The notes under the pieces are model-generated. The model ran no database searches. It was not told the origin of the DNA and saw only the letters and a list, made by a program, of their open reading frames with translations. 64,000 bases of DNA from Isurus oxyrinchus (taxonomy: Eukaryota): the NCBI GenBank assembly GCA_026770705.1, contig JANJGN010000002.1:48856001-48920000 (forward strand). The letters run 5' to 3'. Position numbers and translations under genes: made by a program. Positions 51,401-64,000 of the stretch are shown here, piece after piece (position 1 is the first letter of the stretch; the number at the start of each line of letters is the position of its first letter).

Positions 51401-54400
51401 TCTGAATAAATTGTTCATTAAAAAGGAAATAGTTGTTTTGACTTGTATTGCACTAATGCCAACTATTCAGACAGAATTTTCTTTTAAGATAATGCAATAT
51501 TTTCCTACACATATACATTTGTTTATAATTCCAAATGCAAAGAAAATATTCTCAAGAATTGTATAGAGACCAACTGTTCCTTACATTGTTTGTTATTACA
51601 CACAGTTCTACACAGTATCAATCACAACATACCCCACATAGTTTCTCAAGTAACCTTTTAAGAAGCTAGGATTAGTAAGTGTAACAGTGAGAAAGCTGAA
51701 GAGCAGACAAATGGGTCATGAGTTAATACGATTTTGATGGCTGCAGGAAAATGCGATACTTTATTGCTTCATACAATAGCTTGTTAGTGCAACATAGTCT
51801 TCCTTTCCTCTTAAAGCATTAACAACTGCAAATGCCTGCAATGCACTCTTGACATCAGCCTGACCGTAAGTCTCATGGCATGCTCACCAGGGATGAGTAG
51901 TAGTTGTTGGCATAGCAAACTGTGTTTGTGACCTCTTAGCACTCTAGACAGCTGTTAAGACCCTGCCTTTAATAGGCAAGGTTAGCAGGGTGTAGGCTTC
52001 TTCTCAGTGCACTGACCAGAGCTCCTAATGCATAAAGGGGAGAACAAAAGACTGATGACAGCTCCTGATGTCTGGGCATTTCAAAAGCTGGCTCAAAAGT
52101 TCATCGTGATAGACTGGATTAGTGCACATTACAGCATCATTTGCCAAATACGGATACAGTATTCTAGTAGCCTTTCTATACATGTTAGGTTATCCATCAT
52201 ACAAACCATGCTAGCTGCACCTGGAAGGATGTTTCTTCTTGTACAGTTATTTTAGCTGCCGTGATAAATCCAGCTATTAGAATTTGAAGTCACTGTTACT
52301 CCAGCAACCCTTTTTTTTGCATCTGCAATCCACTTGCACAGCAAGGTAATATCATTAGAATTACCCAGGTCAAAACCCAGCTTAATGAAAAAGGGGAAAT
52401 AGTTAAGGAAATAAAAGCTGCTTTTAATAGAGTTAAGGTGCTTCAAATCTACTTCAAAATGTGGCAAGGTGACAGCTGTTAATGGAAATTAGGACCATCC
52501 TACTAGAATCACTGGTGATTAGAAATTTCAAAAAGCTGAGTAGTAAACAGATACGTAATAATTTATAAATGCCATTTTATTGAACCTGGTGAGATTATTA
52601 ATATCATTGAATAGTACTTGGTTTAAAGTTAGCATTTTGCATCAGCTTATTAGATTTCCTTCTAAACACACCTTGTATTGGGGAATGCTGCAATTGTTCC
52701 CATATTCAAACTAAGAAGAAAAAAAGATGTCACAGAGGGTCACAAATTATGTTCAGGTTTGACAGATTGTAGCCTTGCTTTACAAGAGCAGTAACATCTC
52801 ATTTGTCACAGTTTGATCAGTAAGTGCGTGAATGCAAGCGGAAGGCTTTCCATCTCCGCACCAATTTAATAGTTCTGAGGCTGTCACCGGGCTAGAGCCA
52901 CCTGCCCAAGAATTGCAACACTGATCTGTTTTAATTTAATCGGCCGTCAATCGGAATGAAATCATAAATCGTCTCCTTTGATTCCTCTGGCAGTATATTT
53001 TTTTCCATGATATTGCAGCATTAGAAAACGCATTTTTTTGAAGGCCTATGTAGGCAGTATTTAATACCTCTGAAAATCAAAACCTGGTGGACACACCATT
53101 GGGATTTTCAACACTTTAGATTTGTCTTCCAGTTATTGCTTCACTAACCAATAAAAGTAATGTTTGGCATACGAATTTCCTGAAAAGGGTGAGACGTAAG
53201 TGGAGTTATGTAGATTTCTTTAGTTTTATTCTTTGGACAACTAGGATGAACAGCTCTTGCATACTAAGAAACATACCATTTTTAAATTGGCAAATTTGAG
53301 CAACAGAATAAACTGTGGTACTTGGAGTGCTGTACTGACAAACTTGGTCACTGCACCAGATAAGATAAATGCAACCAAAAGCAGATTTTCCCCTCCCCCA
53401 TGATGAAAATAACAAATGACAGCACATGCCCTGAAGGAGGCTGCTGTCTCTTTAAGTGAGTTTACTAAATGCATTTCAGTTTTGAGAGTAAATGGAGTTA
53501 GTCTATTGTACATGTTTAATTCCCTATTAGTCCCCAGTGTTTACTGCTGTGGCCAAGCTGGGGCACCTGTAAATTGGGTTAAATACAACACATTGTCTAA
53601 ACATATCACAGTTACAATCATTCACCTCGAATGGTGATAAGAAACCTCTTGTATTATTGAATCTACAATGGGGAGGCTCTGCAGGCACAGAGATAACAGC
53701 TAGTTATTTCTCCTTAAGTAGAAAGAAAAACAGTGGCTTGAGCTTGCTGTTATGACTGTGACATTAATTATAACTCACTGAATTGTTTTATGCTGCTGGA
53801 GTGGTTTTGAGATTAAGCTCGCCCTCCAAGCTCCTGTGCATATGGCTCTGATTAAAAATATTTGTCATTCAAGAAAACTTTCATTTTCAAGCAGAGATGA
53901 TGTATTTATTTTTCTCTGTGTAATCTTGCAGTTTTAATTAGTGGCACGCCAAAAAAACAGATTGGAATTATTTCAGCCGAGCAATTAAAATGGAATGCTA
54001 AGTGAAAGCTATTTCAGGTCCCCTATAGGGATTTAATGTTAACAATGTGTACTTTTTCTTTGGTGAATCCTTGATAAGCAGGAGGGCTAGACAGCTTTCA
54101 TTATCATCAGAAGCACTTCATGGTCATTCTTTACTGTTTGAAAGCGATATTTGTTCACTGTAAATGGTCAATTTTTTTCAGGCTTTTGAAATATAATTTA
54201 CAATTTTTAATTTGATCCAGTTTGATTAAATCATTAATTAGTTTGGAGTTAATTTTCTGGAAAATAAACTGAGCAATAAGGGTTAGCTTTATTAAGTTTA
54301 CTGTGAGCGAGGTATAAGTAGCAGGAAATAAGCTGACACAAACACAGGCAGACATGTTGTTAAACTTGGTGACTACTAAGTATAGCATTTTCTGTCATTG

Positions 54401-56819
54401 CCTCTGCAGTCACACATCCTAGAAAGACACCAGATGGTGTCATTGTGGTAATGCACAGTGGATACAGGATATATTGAGTGACATCACAACAGTAGTGTGT
54501 AATGAATGAGTGTATTGCCAATACTTTGGTTTCAGTATGAATACTGAGTTAGCTCTCTAGCAATATAACATATTGTACAGTATTTGGTACCTATTTTTTT
54601 AATCCAAGAGGGGTAGATTAGTTTACTGGCCTGTATTCAAAAAGTGGTTATATTAACTCAATGTAATGTCAGTGGTCCAGTGTGCAGTGACACCAGTAAT
54701 GTGAATACAAATTCATTTCACTTTTAAAAGGCATGCTTAGAAAGCAGAAATTTCTTATGTGCTCACGCTTCTTGCTCAGTGGTAGCAGTTGCAACCAATT
54801 GTGAAGTATTCTCTCCTTTTGAGACCACACAGTTTAAATTCTGAAAAAAGTTACAACAAACTCACTGTGCTGATTATACTGTCAATATTACTAACCGCAG
54901 AAACTGTTAGCTTAACCGATCACCTCCTGAGCAGGACAGTTAGACCTCTTTAATACTGTAATCAGACTGCCATTGCCAATATCAGATCAGCAGCTGCTGT
55001 TTAGATTTTAGCTAGCCAGCATGTGTGGAGAACTGCCTGGCTGAAACCTCAATTATTCTGCCCAGAAGAGAGCTCTGCATGTACATTCATCCACAAGCTG
55101 TCTTGTACCAATTTTGAAGTTGGAGTGGCAATGCACCCTAAGTTTTGTTTTTAATGCACAATTTATCTATTCTAATTCCATTTGCTGTATGCTAGCATTG
55201 AAAATAATTGCTCATGAAGGCTAGCAAAACCCAACATGGACATGGAAAGAAATATTGACTAATGTGTTTTTTTTCGAGATGCTACAAAAATAATGAAAAG
55301 AAGCATTTTGAATCCGTGTTGAGCTCATAAAGAATCATATTGAAAGATTAACATTCCAAAGGCTCTTTCTATGTTAATTCTAAAAGTGCTATTTAAACAG
55401 AAGAGTGACAGCAGAATAAGCTTTGGATAATCATTTTGTACAGCTCTTTATCCAATTCGCTTTAGCTCTGATGGTGTCTGTGTCCATGCAGACACTTAAC
55501 ATTTTATACAGTTGCATTCTTCTCTCCAAATCCCTCCCCAAAACAAAAAGTTAAACAGAAGTTACAGCTGCTGCTCACATATTAAATATTCCAGCTTTTC
55601 AGCATCTATCCATTTGTTAAAATCATTGGAATCACTTTTCTACATTGGGAATATTAGAATTTGAGTTTTGCAGGATGATTTATAACTAGTGAATACATTT
55701 CTGTTTTATTGCTACCCATCCATACTTTAATAGGACAGTCCTGCTGTAACAAAATTAGTAAGTATTGATTAGGGAAGACATATTGAGAATAATGGCAGCA
55801 GCAACCTACTGGTCTAGTGATAAGAATTCAGAGGTTGCAGGTTAGAGCCCAAGGGCCACCTGACACTTGACTCTGCCATCCTCGAGTGTGATGCATTTTG
55901 TCATTTTCTATCAAGGCGACCAGAAAGAAAGCTCCATATTGTCTTAAATGGAAGGCAATCAACATATTACCCTAATCTTCCCTTTTGCAGCCATTTCTTC
56001 TGCTACTTTATTATGAAGTGAGATTAAATGCGACTTTCATTTAGTTTGCTCTTGCAGTCGAAGGAGGTAAATGACCATGAGGGGAATGTTCAGAAAAGGC
56101 TGAGGAAAATATTAATAAAGAGATGAAAGGCAATACCATATTCAAATAGAATCACAGCATTTAATCAACTTTATACAGCTATTTAACAATTTAAAGAAAA
56201 TAAAGCAATTTTCAATCAAGATAATTTCTCCAATTGGATGGCAGGAAAGGTATAATGAGTAGATAAACTTTTAGTGAAAAAGCACTAATGTGGTATAAAA
56301 CAAGCAATCCTGAATGATAATCAGAAAATAAATTGGCAAAACAACAAAACACTGCAAAATCTTTTGACCATCCTTTCAGTCACTGTCTTATTTTCTCCAT
56401 GAAGCTAAAGACTTATTAAGGCAAATCAAAATTATAGTATATTAAAATTATAAATTTTTGTGTTGAAATGTCCCTAAACATTAATTCTTTTGAAGGTTTG
56501 TACCTGCCTCAGAAGCTTGATTGTTTGTATGATTAGTCTATCTCCCTCCCATAGCCTTGGGAAGTCAAGTGGGATTGGTGGGGGTTGTGGGGTTGGGGCG
56601 GGTGGGGGTGGTGGTGGGTGGTGAATAGGCGAGGAGTGGTGGGGGCTTGGTGGTGGGGAAAATGGGAGACAATTGGATTAGGACACCCATATGAGATTCC
56701 TCATTTTAAAGTCATGCATTCTGTCCTTTTTTTTTTAATACTTGAATTTTGTATTATTATTTATATTTAATTAGCAAACCTGGTGGTAGTTTGGGTAGCA
56801 AAGCAGCATTGGATGGAGC

Positions 56820-57273
56820 AGAGTAGAAGGTTGAACAGCTTGGGCCTATACTCATTGGAGTTTAAAAGAATGAGGAGTGATTTATTGAAACACATAAGAT
56901 CCTGAGGGGACTTGACATGATGGATGCTTATAGGATGTTTCCCCTTATGGGAGAGACTAAAACTAGGGGGTACCATTTAAGAATAAGAGGTCTCTCTTTT
57001 AAGACAGAGGTAAGGAGAATTTTTTTTCTCTGAGGGTCATTAGTGTGTTAAATTCTCTTTCCCAGAGAGCAGCAAAAGCTGGGTCAATGTATTTAAGGCT
57101 GGGTTAGGTAGATTTTTGATAGAGAAGGAAGTTGAGGGTTATGGGGGGCGGGGTGGGTTGGTTGGTAGACAGGAAAGTGGTGTTGGGATCACAACCAGAT
57201 CAGCCAAGATCTTATCGAATGGCAGAGCAGGCTCGAAGGACCAAATGTTTACTCTAGCTCCTAAGTCCTATGT
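56820..57273 (+). mobile_element. CR1-clade LINE 3' fragment
   Basis: Translates to RLNSLGLYSLEFKRMRSDL..., followed by the typical 3'UTR agatcagccaagatcttatcgaatggcagagcaggctcgaagg...ctcctaagtcctatgtt; reverse homolog of 59600-60392. Confidence 0.85.
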
Positions 57274-57359
57274 TGCTATCCACAGTACAGGCTCAGGGGA
57301 GAACAAATGCAAGACTGAGACAGGAAGGACACGATTATGAGGTAACCTGTCACTGACCT

Positions 57360-57808
57360 GGACAGCATCAAGCCTCCCAATTGACTAAGCCCTAGTTGGG
57401 CTGAAATCCTGCTGCCAAGAGCTGCTGGTCAATTAGAAACCAGTTGCTCTCCAGTACCAGCAGTGCCAGCAGGCAGTGGCTACTGCCAATACTACACTCA
57501 GAACTACAGAAGGGAGTGGCCATGGATCCCAAGATAGAGATGAGTATAGGTGGGATAGGGGTCGTGGGAAGGAGTTGCTAGCCAGGACAGGGGTTTGGCA
57601 TCCTGCGGGGGCTCCCTTACCTTATGGTAAGTCCCTCGATCAGGCACAGAATACCAGTGATTGAGGGACCCCACCTGGTTAACTGTTGACAAGCCAACAG
57701 GCTTTGCTGGGAGGCCTTGGGAATGTGGTGGCGTTCCCACCCTGCACCTTCCGTCACCCCGATCAAATGCCTCCCATCCCCCCACCCCTGCTGTCAAAAT
57801 CCTCTTGG
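57360..57808. mobile_element. MITE fragment resembling 31650-32362 in the opposite orientation
   Basis: gagctgctggtcaattagaaaccagttgctctccagtaccagcagtgcc core; ends GTCAAAATCCTC. Confidence 0.4.
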
Positions 57809-59225
57809 GGGACATTAAATTTCATCCAAAATTTTTGATATCTTGTGTAAGTATCTGTGAATTATTGCCAGTTCGGTATTTTTATCGTGTTGTGGCAGGC
57901 CAGTTTGATGAAACCAACTCCGTGGCCAAATAAAAGTAATGGTTTTAAGCACATTCAGCTGAATTTTGCCTTGGAGTGAGATTGTGTTTGCAACAGCAAG
58001 CAATGCTACAGGAGATCTACTGTAGGTACAGTACCTAGTTTATTTCTATAAGATTTTGTTTGCAGGATTACAGTCAGATTGAATAAAGAAGAAATTCAGA
58101 CCATGTAGTTTCAGAAAAGCAAAAAAAAAACTATTCTGTACTATTTTATTTAAATGAGGATTTGATGGTCATTTATCTGGTAAAACGAAAGCTGAAATCT
58201 CCCCTGCGGCTGAAATCTGAAACAGCCTTGTTGTTTATTGGGGTGAGAAGAGCTGATCAACTGACTATATATATTAATCGATTACAAATTTAATTGACTA
58301 ATGATCATCTACTTGATTAAAGGTTTGGCTGTCATGTTTGTTTATTCTATTGATATTCATTGTGTTTCACAATTAATCAGTGGTATAAATTGAAATAATT
58401 GCACTCTTCGTTAGTATTAATTGAATCTCTTCATGCGTGTCAAAAAGAATTAACCCTTATCCTGCTGAACAGAAACAAATCTGTGGCACATGTTCTGAGG
58501 GTTAAGTGTAAAGTTCAAAATGAAAGACTTCTTTCACCCATCAGCTGTTCATGAAAATCTGAGGAAAAGGTAAAGTTAGTGATTTCTATGCACAAGAAAT
58601 GAACACTTTTCGTACCTTGAGTGAACAGGGAAAACAACTTAATTGACCATTTTCAGATGAAATGCTGGGATCAACTCCCATCCAAAATAGGTATGGGTTT
58701 GGCAGAGCAACTGAAGCTAGCCACAGAGGGCTGGAACCGACTTCAGATTTGGGCTTCTTCAGTCGTAATTTGGGGGAGCTGCCAACCACTCAATGAGCTG
58801 ACAGCTCCTTGTCAAACCAGGGAATGGAAATTAGGCTGCCCCATAGGCTAGTCAGCTGGAAATCTGTGATAAAGGAGGAAGAGGTGCACTGGGTGAGGCC
58901 CATTCAGCAGGGGGTTGCAGTATTTTACCACTGCTCCTAACCCCACAACTTTCCCCCTTTAAGGGCCACTGGTTAGACTACACAATTGGTTATACAAAAG
59001 GGCTCAATGTGTACTGAGCATGGACCATCCGTTTTTATCTGATAATTGCAAACAATGTCCTACAACCCAAATACTAGCAGCCTCTCATCTGAATTTAGCA
59101 AGCACAGTGTGTGTCCATTTACAGGTACATTTGAAAGTTGAGTCCAAGGGACTTCATGGTGCATCCCCATTTTTGACTGCCAGCCATTTCTTTTCATTCA
59201 TTCTGGGGCTTTGGGCTGGACTGGC

Positions 59226-59360
59226 AGTTCTGTTGAAGGGTCATGAGGACTCGAAACATCAACTCTTTTCTCCGCCGATGCTGCCAGACCTGCTGAGTTT
59301 TTCCAGGTAATTCTGTTTTTGTTTTGGATTTCCAGCATCCGCAGTTTTTTGTTTTTATTT
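59226..59360 (+). mobile_element. Penelope-like pLTR fragment (same young subfamily as 30721-31292) with hammerhead motif at 59226-59264
   Basis: Nearly identical to 31184-31292 plus the tail ggatttccagcatccgcagtttttt; core CTGTTGA...GAAAC-ATC. Confidence 0.8.
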
Positions 59361-59397
59361 CTATTACTGATACCTGCTGTTTATTACCATATTTAAG

Positions 59398-59512
59398 AAA
59401 TTTAATTCAGCTTCTCAAGCTTCCATGGTGGCATTTGAAATCAGATTCTCCAGGTTATTAATCTAGACCTATGGATTACTAGTCCAGTAGCATAATCACT
59501 ATGTAAGCATAC
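59398..59512 (-). mobile_element. tRNA-derived SINE head fragment
   Basis: Reverse complement reads atagtgattatgctactggactagtaatccatagg...gatttcaaatgccaccatgg, with A-box-like and B-box-like motifs of shark SINEs. Confidence 0.6.
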
Positions 59513-59599
59513 TGGTGGGTGGTTATTAAAAGTGGCCCCCAGAATGATGCATACATTGGAGTGAAGAAGAAGGGATTTTTTTTTTAAATGGTCTGTAAA

Positions 59600-60392
59600 T
59601 AAGAACACATGAATTAGGAGCATTAGTAGACCATTTGGCCCCTCGAGCCTGCCATGCCACTCAATAAGATCATGGCTGATCTGATTGTAACCTCAACCCC
59701 ACATTCCTGCCTACCCCCAATAACCTTCCACCCCCTTGTTAATCAAGAATTTATCTAACTCTGCCTTAACAATATTCAAAGACTCTGCCTCCACCGCCTT
59801 TTGAGGAAGAAAGTTCCAAAGACTCATGATCCTTAAAAAAAAAATCTCCTCATCTCAGTCTTAAATGAGTGACCCCTTATTTTTAAACAGTGACCCCTAG
59901 CTCTAGATTCTCCCACAAGAGGAAACATCCTTTCCACATCCACCCTGTCAAGACCCCTCAGGATCTTAAAAGTTTCAATCAAGTCGCCTCTTACTCTTCT
60001 AAACTCCAGTGGATACAAGCCTAACCTGTCCAACCTTTCCTCATAAGTGAATACGCCTATTCCTGGTATTAGTCTAGTAATCCTCCTCTGAACTGCGCCT
60101 AACGTATTTACATCTTTCCTTAAATAAGAAGGAGACCAGTACTGTACACAATACTCCAGATGTGGTCTCACTGAAGCATAACATCCCTACTTTTGTAATC
60201 AATTCCCCTCACAATAAATGATAACATTCTATTAGCTTTCCTAATGACCTGCTGTACCTGCATACTAGCCTTTTGTGATTCATGCACTAGGACACCCAGA
60301 TCCCTCTGAATCTCAGAGCTCTGCAATTTCTCACTGTTCAAATAATAAGCTTCTTTTTTATTCTTACTGCCAAAATGGACAATTTCACATGC
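59600..60392 (-). mobile_element. CR1-clade LINE 3' fragment
   Basis: ORF-track peptides CEIVHFGSKNK...QRDLGVLVHESQKASMQVQQVIRKANRML and RPHLEYCVQYWSP...ERLDRLGLYPLEFRRVRGDLIETFKIL are CR1 ORF2 C-terminal motifs. Confidence 0.92.
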
Positions 60393-60737
60393 TCCCACCT
60401 TGATCTGACCTGCATCATAAAATGCGCAACCCATGTCATCATTCTGTACTTCAGTTAAACACATATACTGTACAGTAATCCATTTTTTCAAAGAGCTTTC
60501 TGTTTAACTTCCAATAGAAATGATTTTCAAAAAGAATAAGATCTTCTTTGAGTAACAATCCAGCTCCATCAGCCACTTTTCATTAATGTACTATGTTTGA
60601 TTATGTTTGGGTGAGAATGCTAATTCTGCCATAATCAACATGAGAGTTGCAGACTTGCAATTTTAAGGCTTCACTCCAAGTATTGTTTATCTTTAACAGT
60701 AACTTGCAAATAGAATAGTTTTCGCTGATACAAGTAC

Positions 60738-63700
60738 ACGGGCAATTTGGATCAATTGTGCTAACTCTTTGGGTGCCACCGGTTCTGTTTGGGTCCCAAA
60801 ATGACATATGAGGTGCACCACACTCTTAACGATAAGTCACCCAGCAGGCAAATTGGTGAGGACATTGATGTGCGCAATGAACATGGGCCACAAGATAATG
60901 ATGTCAATCAGTGTACAATGCTGATTTGACACCAGCACTGTCATTTTGGAACTTATTGCTTTAATACTGATGTTAATCATGTATTCTTGAATTGGCATTC
61001 AGCAACAGGATGAACCCCATCATTGCCACCTGCCACACCCTCTGCCACAGCCACTGCCACCACCTAACCATGTTATTTAAAGGAATCATCGACTATTTAC
61101 AAGTTAGTTGCTGGTTGATTTTCTTCTGGTTGTTCCTATGATTCTATAAGTGATTGGTAATTTCTATAATTGGTTCAAGTTGCAAAAGTCTATGGACGGC
61201 AGTGTGGCAGGTGCTGAAGGACGTTTTGCTAACCAAGGCTTCTGCACAGTCCAGTTGCTCCCAGACATGGGTGCACCAGTGGACATTCCCCTTGGATTAC
61301 ACCATGACTTGGAGAATGAGCAGAAGTTCTGCAGAGTAGGGCAAACTGCAGGAAGAGGGAGGTGGAGGACGGGGCGAAAGGTTCCAACAGGAGGCCATGT
61401 AAATCCAGGGTATTCAGGGAGCAATTCTCCTACTTGAATCTCAGTGAGGAACAATAATGTAAACATATGCTTTTCCATAAGGAAGTCCTCACTGAAACCT
61501 GTCACTTGCTGCAATCTCAGAGCAGGACAGCAACCACACTAAGTAGCTATGAATGTGACTGTGGTGTGGTGATAAAAATTTTATGCACCTGGCTACTACC
61601 AGGCTGAAACTGGAGGTATTTGCAACGTCTCAGTGTTTGCTGGCTGGCCGCTGTTGTGTAAGGGAGGTCACTGGTGTTCTCCACTTATTGAGAGCTAACT
61701 ACATTTCATTCTCTCTTGCCAATGACAAGTCTATGGAGTGAGCAAGTGGCTTTGCTAGGATTGCAGAGTTTCCCATGCTATAGAGTGCCATTGACTTCAA
61801 GGACATCACTTTGCATGCACCAGATGTAGAATATGCCTTATACTGTAATGGAAAGGATGCCACTCCCTCAACATGCTGATGTGAGACCATACACATAAAA
61901 CCACGCAGTGCAATGCCCGGTATCCTGGCAGCAGTCAAAATGCCTTAATTCTCTGACAGTCCGCTGTTCCAGGTGCATTTGGGCCACCACAAGCTTAAGT
62001 GTGGCTACTGGTGACCAGGACAAACCACTGACAACATGGCTACTGACTCCTGTGTGCAACGCACGTACTTGGGCACAGTGTGCTTATAATGAAAGCCAAG
62101 CTGCCACATGAAATGAAATGCAGTAGACCATTGGTGTACTGAAAAAACACTGCATGGACTGCTGTGGAGGAGCCCTGCAGTACTCAGTGGAATGGGCGTC
62201 AAGACTCGTGGTGGTCTGTTGTAACCTGCACAGCCTCATCATGATGAGGGGATAGTCTTTCCCACCAGCAATACATCAAGCATCAGAGTAGGAGAAGCAG
62301 GAGGAAGAGGAGAAGGGGAAAGAGGAAGAAAGGAGCAACCTTGACAGTCGTTGTCTGTCTGTACATAAAGAACTCATCCAAGTGTGATACCAGTAAGTAC
62401 AGCACCAATTCCTTATTCACCAACAATCCCATGCTTTACCATCCCTCAGTTACTGACCACAACATTCCCTTGACCACTGCATAAAAATATAAGTGGGCAC
62501 AAAATAACAATTCCAAATTAAATTTCTAAAATAAATTGTTCCATATTTCATGCAGAAATTAACTAATCACACTGGTGCACTCCCTTAGTGCCTGTCTTTC
62601 ATGAGGCTTTTGCTTGTCCTAGTGCTCCCACACAGTGCTAGCCCACTGAATGGAGCATGCCTGCTGGAAGGCTGCTGACTGACCTTCACTGGGGGAGACT
62701 GCGCATGGTCTTGCAGGATGACCATGAGCAGCTGTGAGCTTAGGAGGCCTGGCTTCAGACTGCACCAGTTCAGCATGGGCGGCAGCAGTCTGTCAGGCAA
62801 CAGAGCACAAGGGGAGTGGCAGGGGTTGGGGGAGTGGTTGCCACTTGCCCAGGGTGGTGTCTCAGCAATCCTAGTAACCTGTTGGAGAATAGCTGGCCTG
62901 TCGTGACACCCTGCAAGCCCATTTGCACACATTTTTCGCAGCCATGATAGCTGAACGCACATGCCAGCAAGCTGACCTCACATTTCAAGTGGAAATTTCT
63001 TGTCCTGTATTGGAAACAGGCATCAGCCATCAGATGCTACGCCATGGTTGTGTCCACATATATGTGAATGGAGTTGGCAACCACTTCCATCATGGAAGGA
63101 TGAGCTCCATTCTCAGTGCAAAGCCCTGTGCCAAGTTGGTGTTAGACTCCCCCTTGCATCTTGACACTGGCCCAATTCACAAAGATTCTACATAACCAAC
63201 AGCGTTCTTCCATAGGCTGCCCCATCGAATAGCTCATCTGAGTCGCCTGCAGCAGAACCGTTTTCAACCTCAACTTCTTTTGAGTTGGCACCTGCACTAT
63301 CCTTGCACCCTGGTCTGGCTGCAGGCCTCTTGTGCTCAGTGTCTCATTGTGTACCAATACCACATCTATGTCATTCTGTAAATGCCATGTGATGTCGGTA
63401 TCTGTGTTGGTGGCAGCGAGTATGTAAACAAGTGGCAATGCTGTGTCTTCATCATCACTCTCTTCTTGGTGTTTTTCCACTGACTGGCCATGTTGCACTT
63501 TGTGGGCATCTGAAAATGTGGGCATATTCACTGACCTTGATCACTTATGTAAGGTCATTGAACTTCTTGTGACGCTGCATCCAGATCCTCGATGTTTGGC
63601 TCCTGGCATTGACCTCCATAACTGTCTGCTCCCATTGTCTTCTGAGTTTGTGTCTCAAGACCTCCTGGCTCCCTGCAGGTACAAGTCACCTTGCTCCTCT

Positions 63701-64000
63701 TCCACCACAGCATCCCAGGCAGTGTCCGAAAATCTTGAAGTCCACTCTCTCTGATATTGTGCATTCTTCAATGTTTTCCAGATCAGAGTCAATTGTAGAA
63801 CAACGGATAGCACTTGCTCCAGCCACAATGCACCTCCCCTCTCAGAGATGCAGGCTGGCTTGAAGAAGTGCAGGCTAGCCTTAACTGGTTCTAGCCTCTC
63901 ACGATTTAGGGTCCCCTACTGAGGTAATCATCATATTGAACCGGCAGAGGGTAATCTCATGTTGCAACCTCCTTACCCCAGAGTGGGGTCCTTTGGTTTT
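60738..64000. mobile_element. Decayed PIF/Harbinger transposon copy 2, probably continuing past the window end
   Basis: Starts GGGCAATTTGGA, similar to the reverse complement of copy 1's right end. Plus strand has IAEFPML*SAIDFKDITLHAP, NARYPGSSQNALI, AYNESQAAT, GGALQYS and VVCCNLHS, then an E-rich tail. A frameshifted Myb remnant (RFSDT...KKFNDLT) lies on the minus strand at ~63540-63760. Colinear with 24685-28036. Confidence 0.85.

Noticed and set aside
63510-63535. Apparent 26-nt GT..AG micro-intron on the minus strand of the Myb remnant
   Set aside because: Too short to splice; more likely an internal deletion joining a donor to a later acceptor.

Overview
This is vertebrate genomic DNA, not microbial. 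The repeat families point to a cartilaginous fish, probably a shark (inference). The window holds the 5' half of ESRRG (estrogen-related receptor gamma, NR3B3) on the + strand. A promoter/5'UTR and a 56-nt first coding exon (15898-15953, MDLVELCLPESFSLHYDEE, missed by the ORF track) are followed by exon 2 (41639-42051, A/B domain plus first zinc finger) and exon 3 (44563-44679, second zinc finger). I found no hinge or ligand-binding exons in the window. The rest is intronic or upstream DNA containing decayed PIF/Harbinger transposons and their MITEs, CR1 and RTE LINE fragments, SINE remnants, Penelope-like terminal repeats with minimal hammerhead ribozyme motifs, microsatellites and candidate conserved enhancers. 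The most unusual structure is a Penelope insertion at 30.7-31.4 kb. It has captured an inverted copy of its own flank, giving a ~242-bp-arm palindrome and two identical tandem hammerheads 237 nt apart. Also notable are an overlapping strong-Kozak uORF, tandem splice sites around the ESRRG N-terminus, and an unexplained four-hairpin element with an Sm-like site at 39.4-39.6 kb. Almost all other ORFs in the track are spurious or transposon debris.
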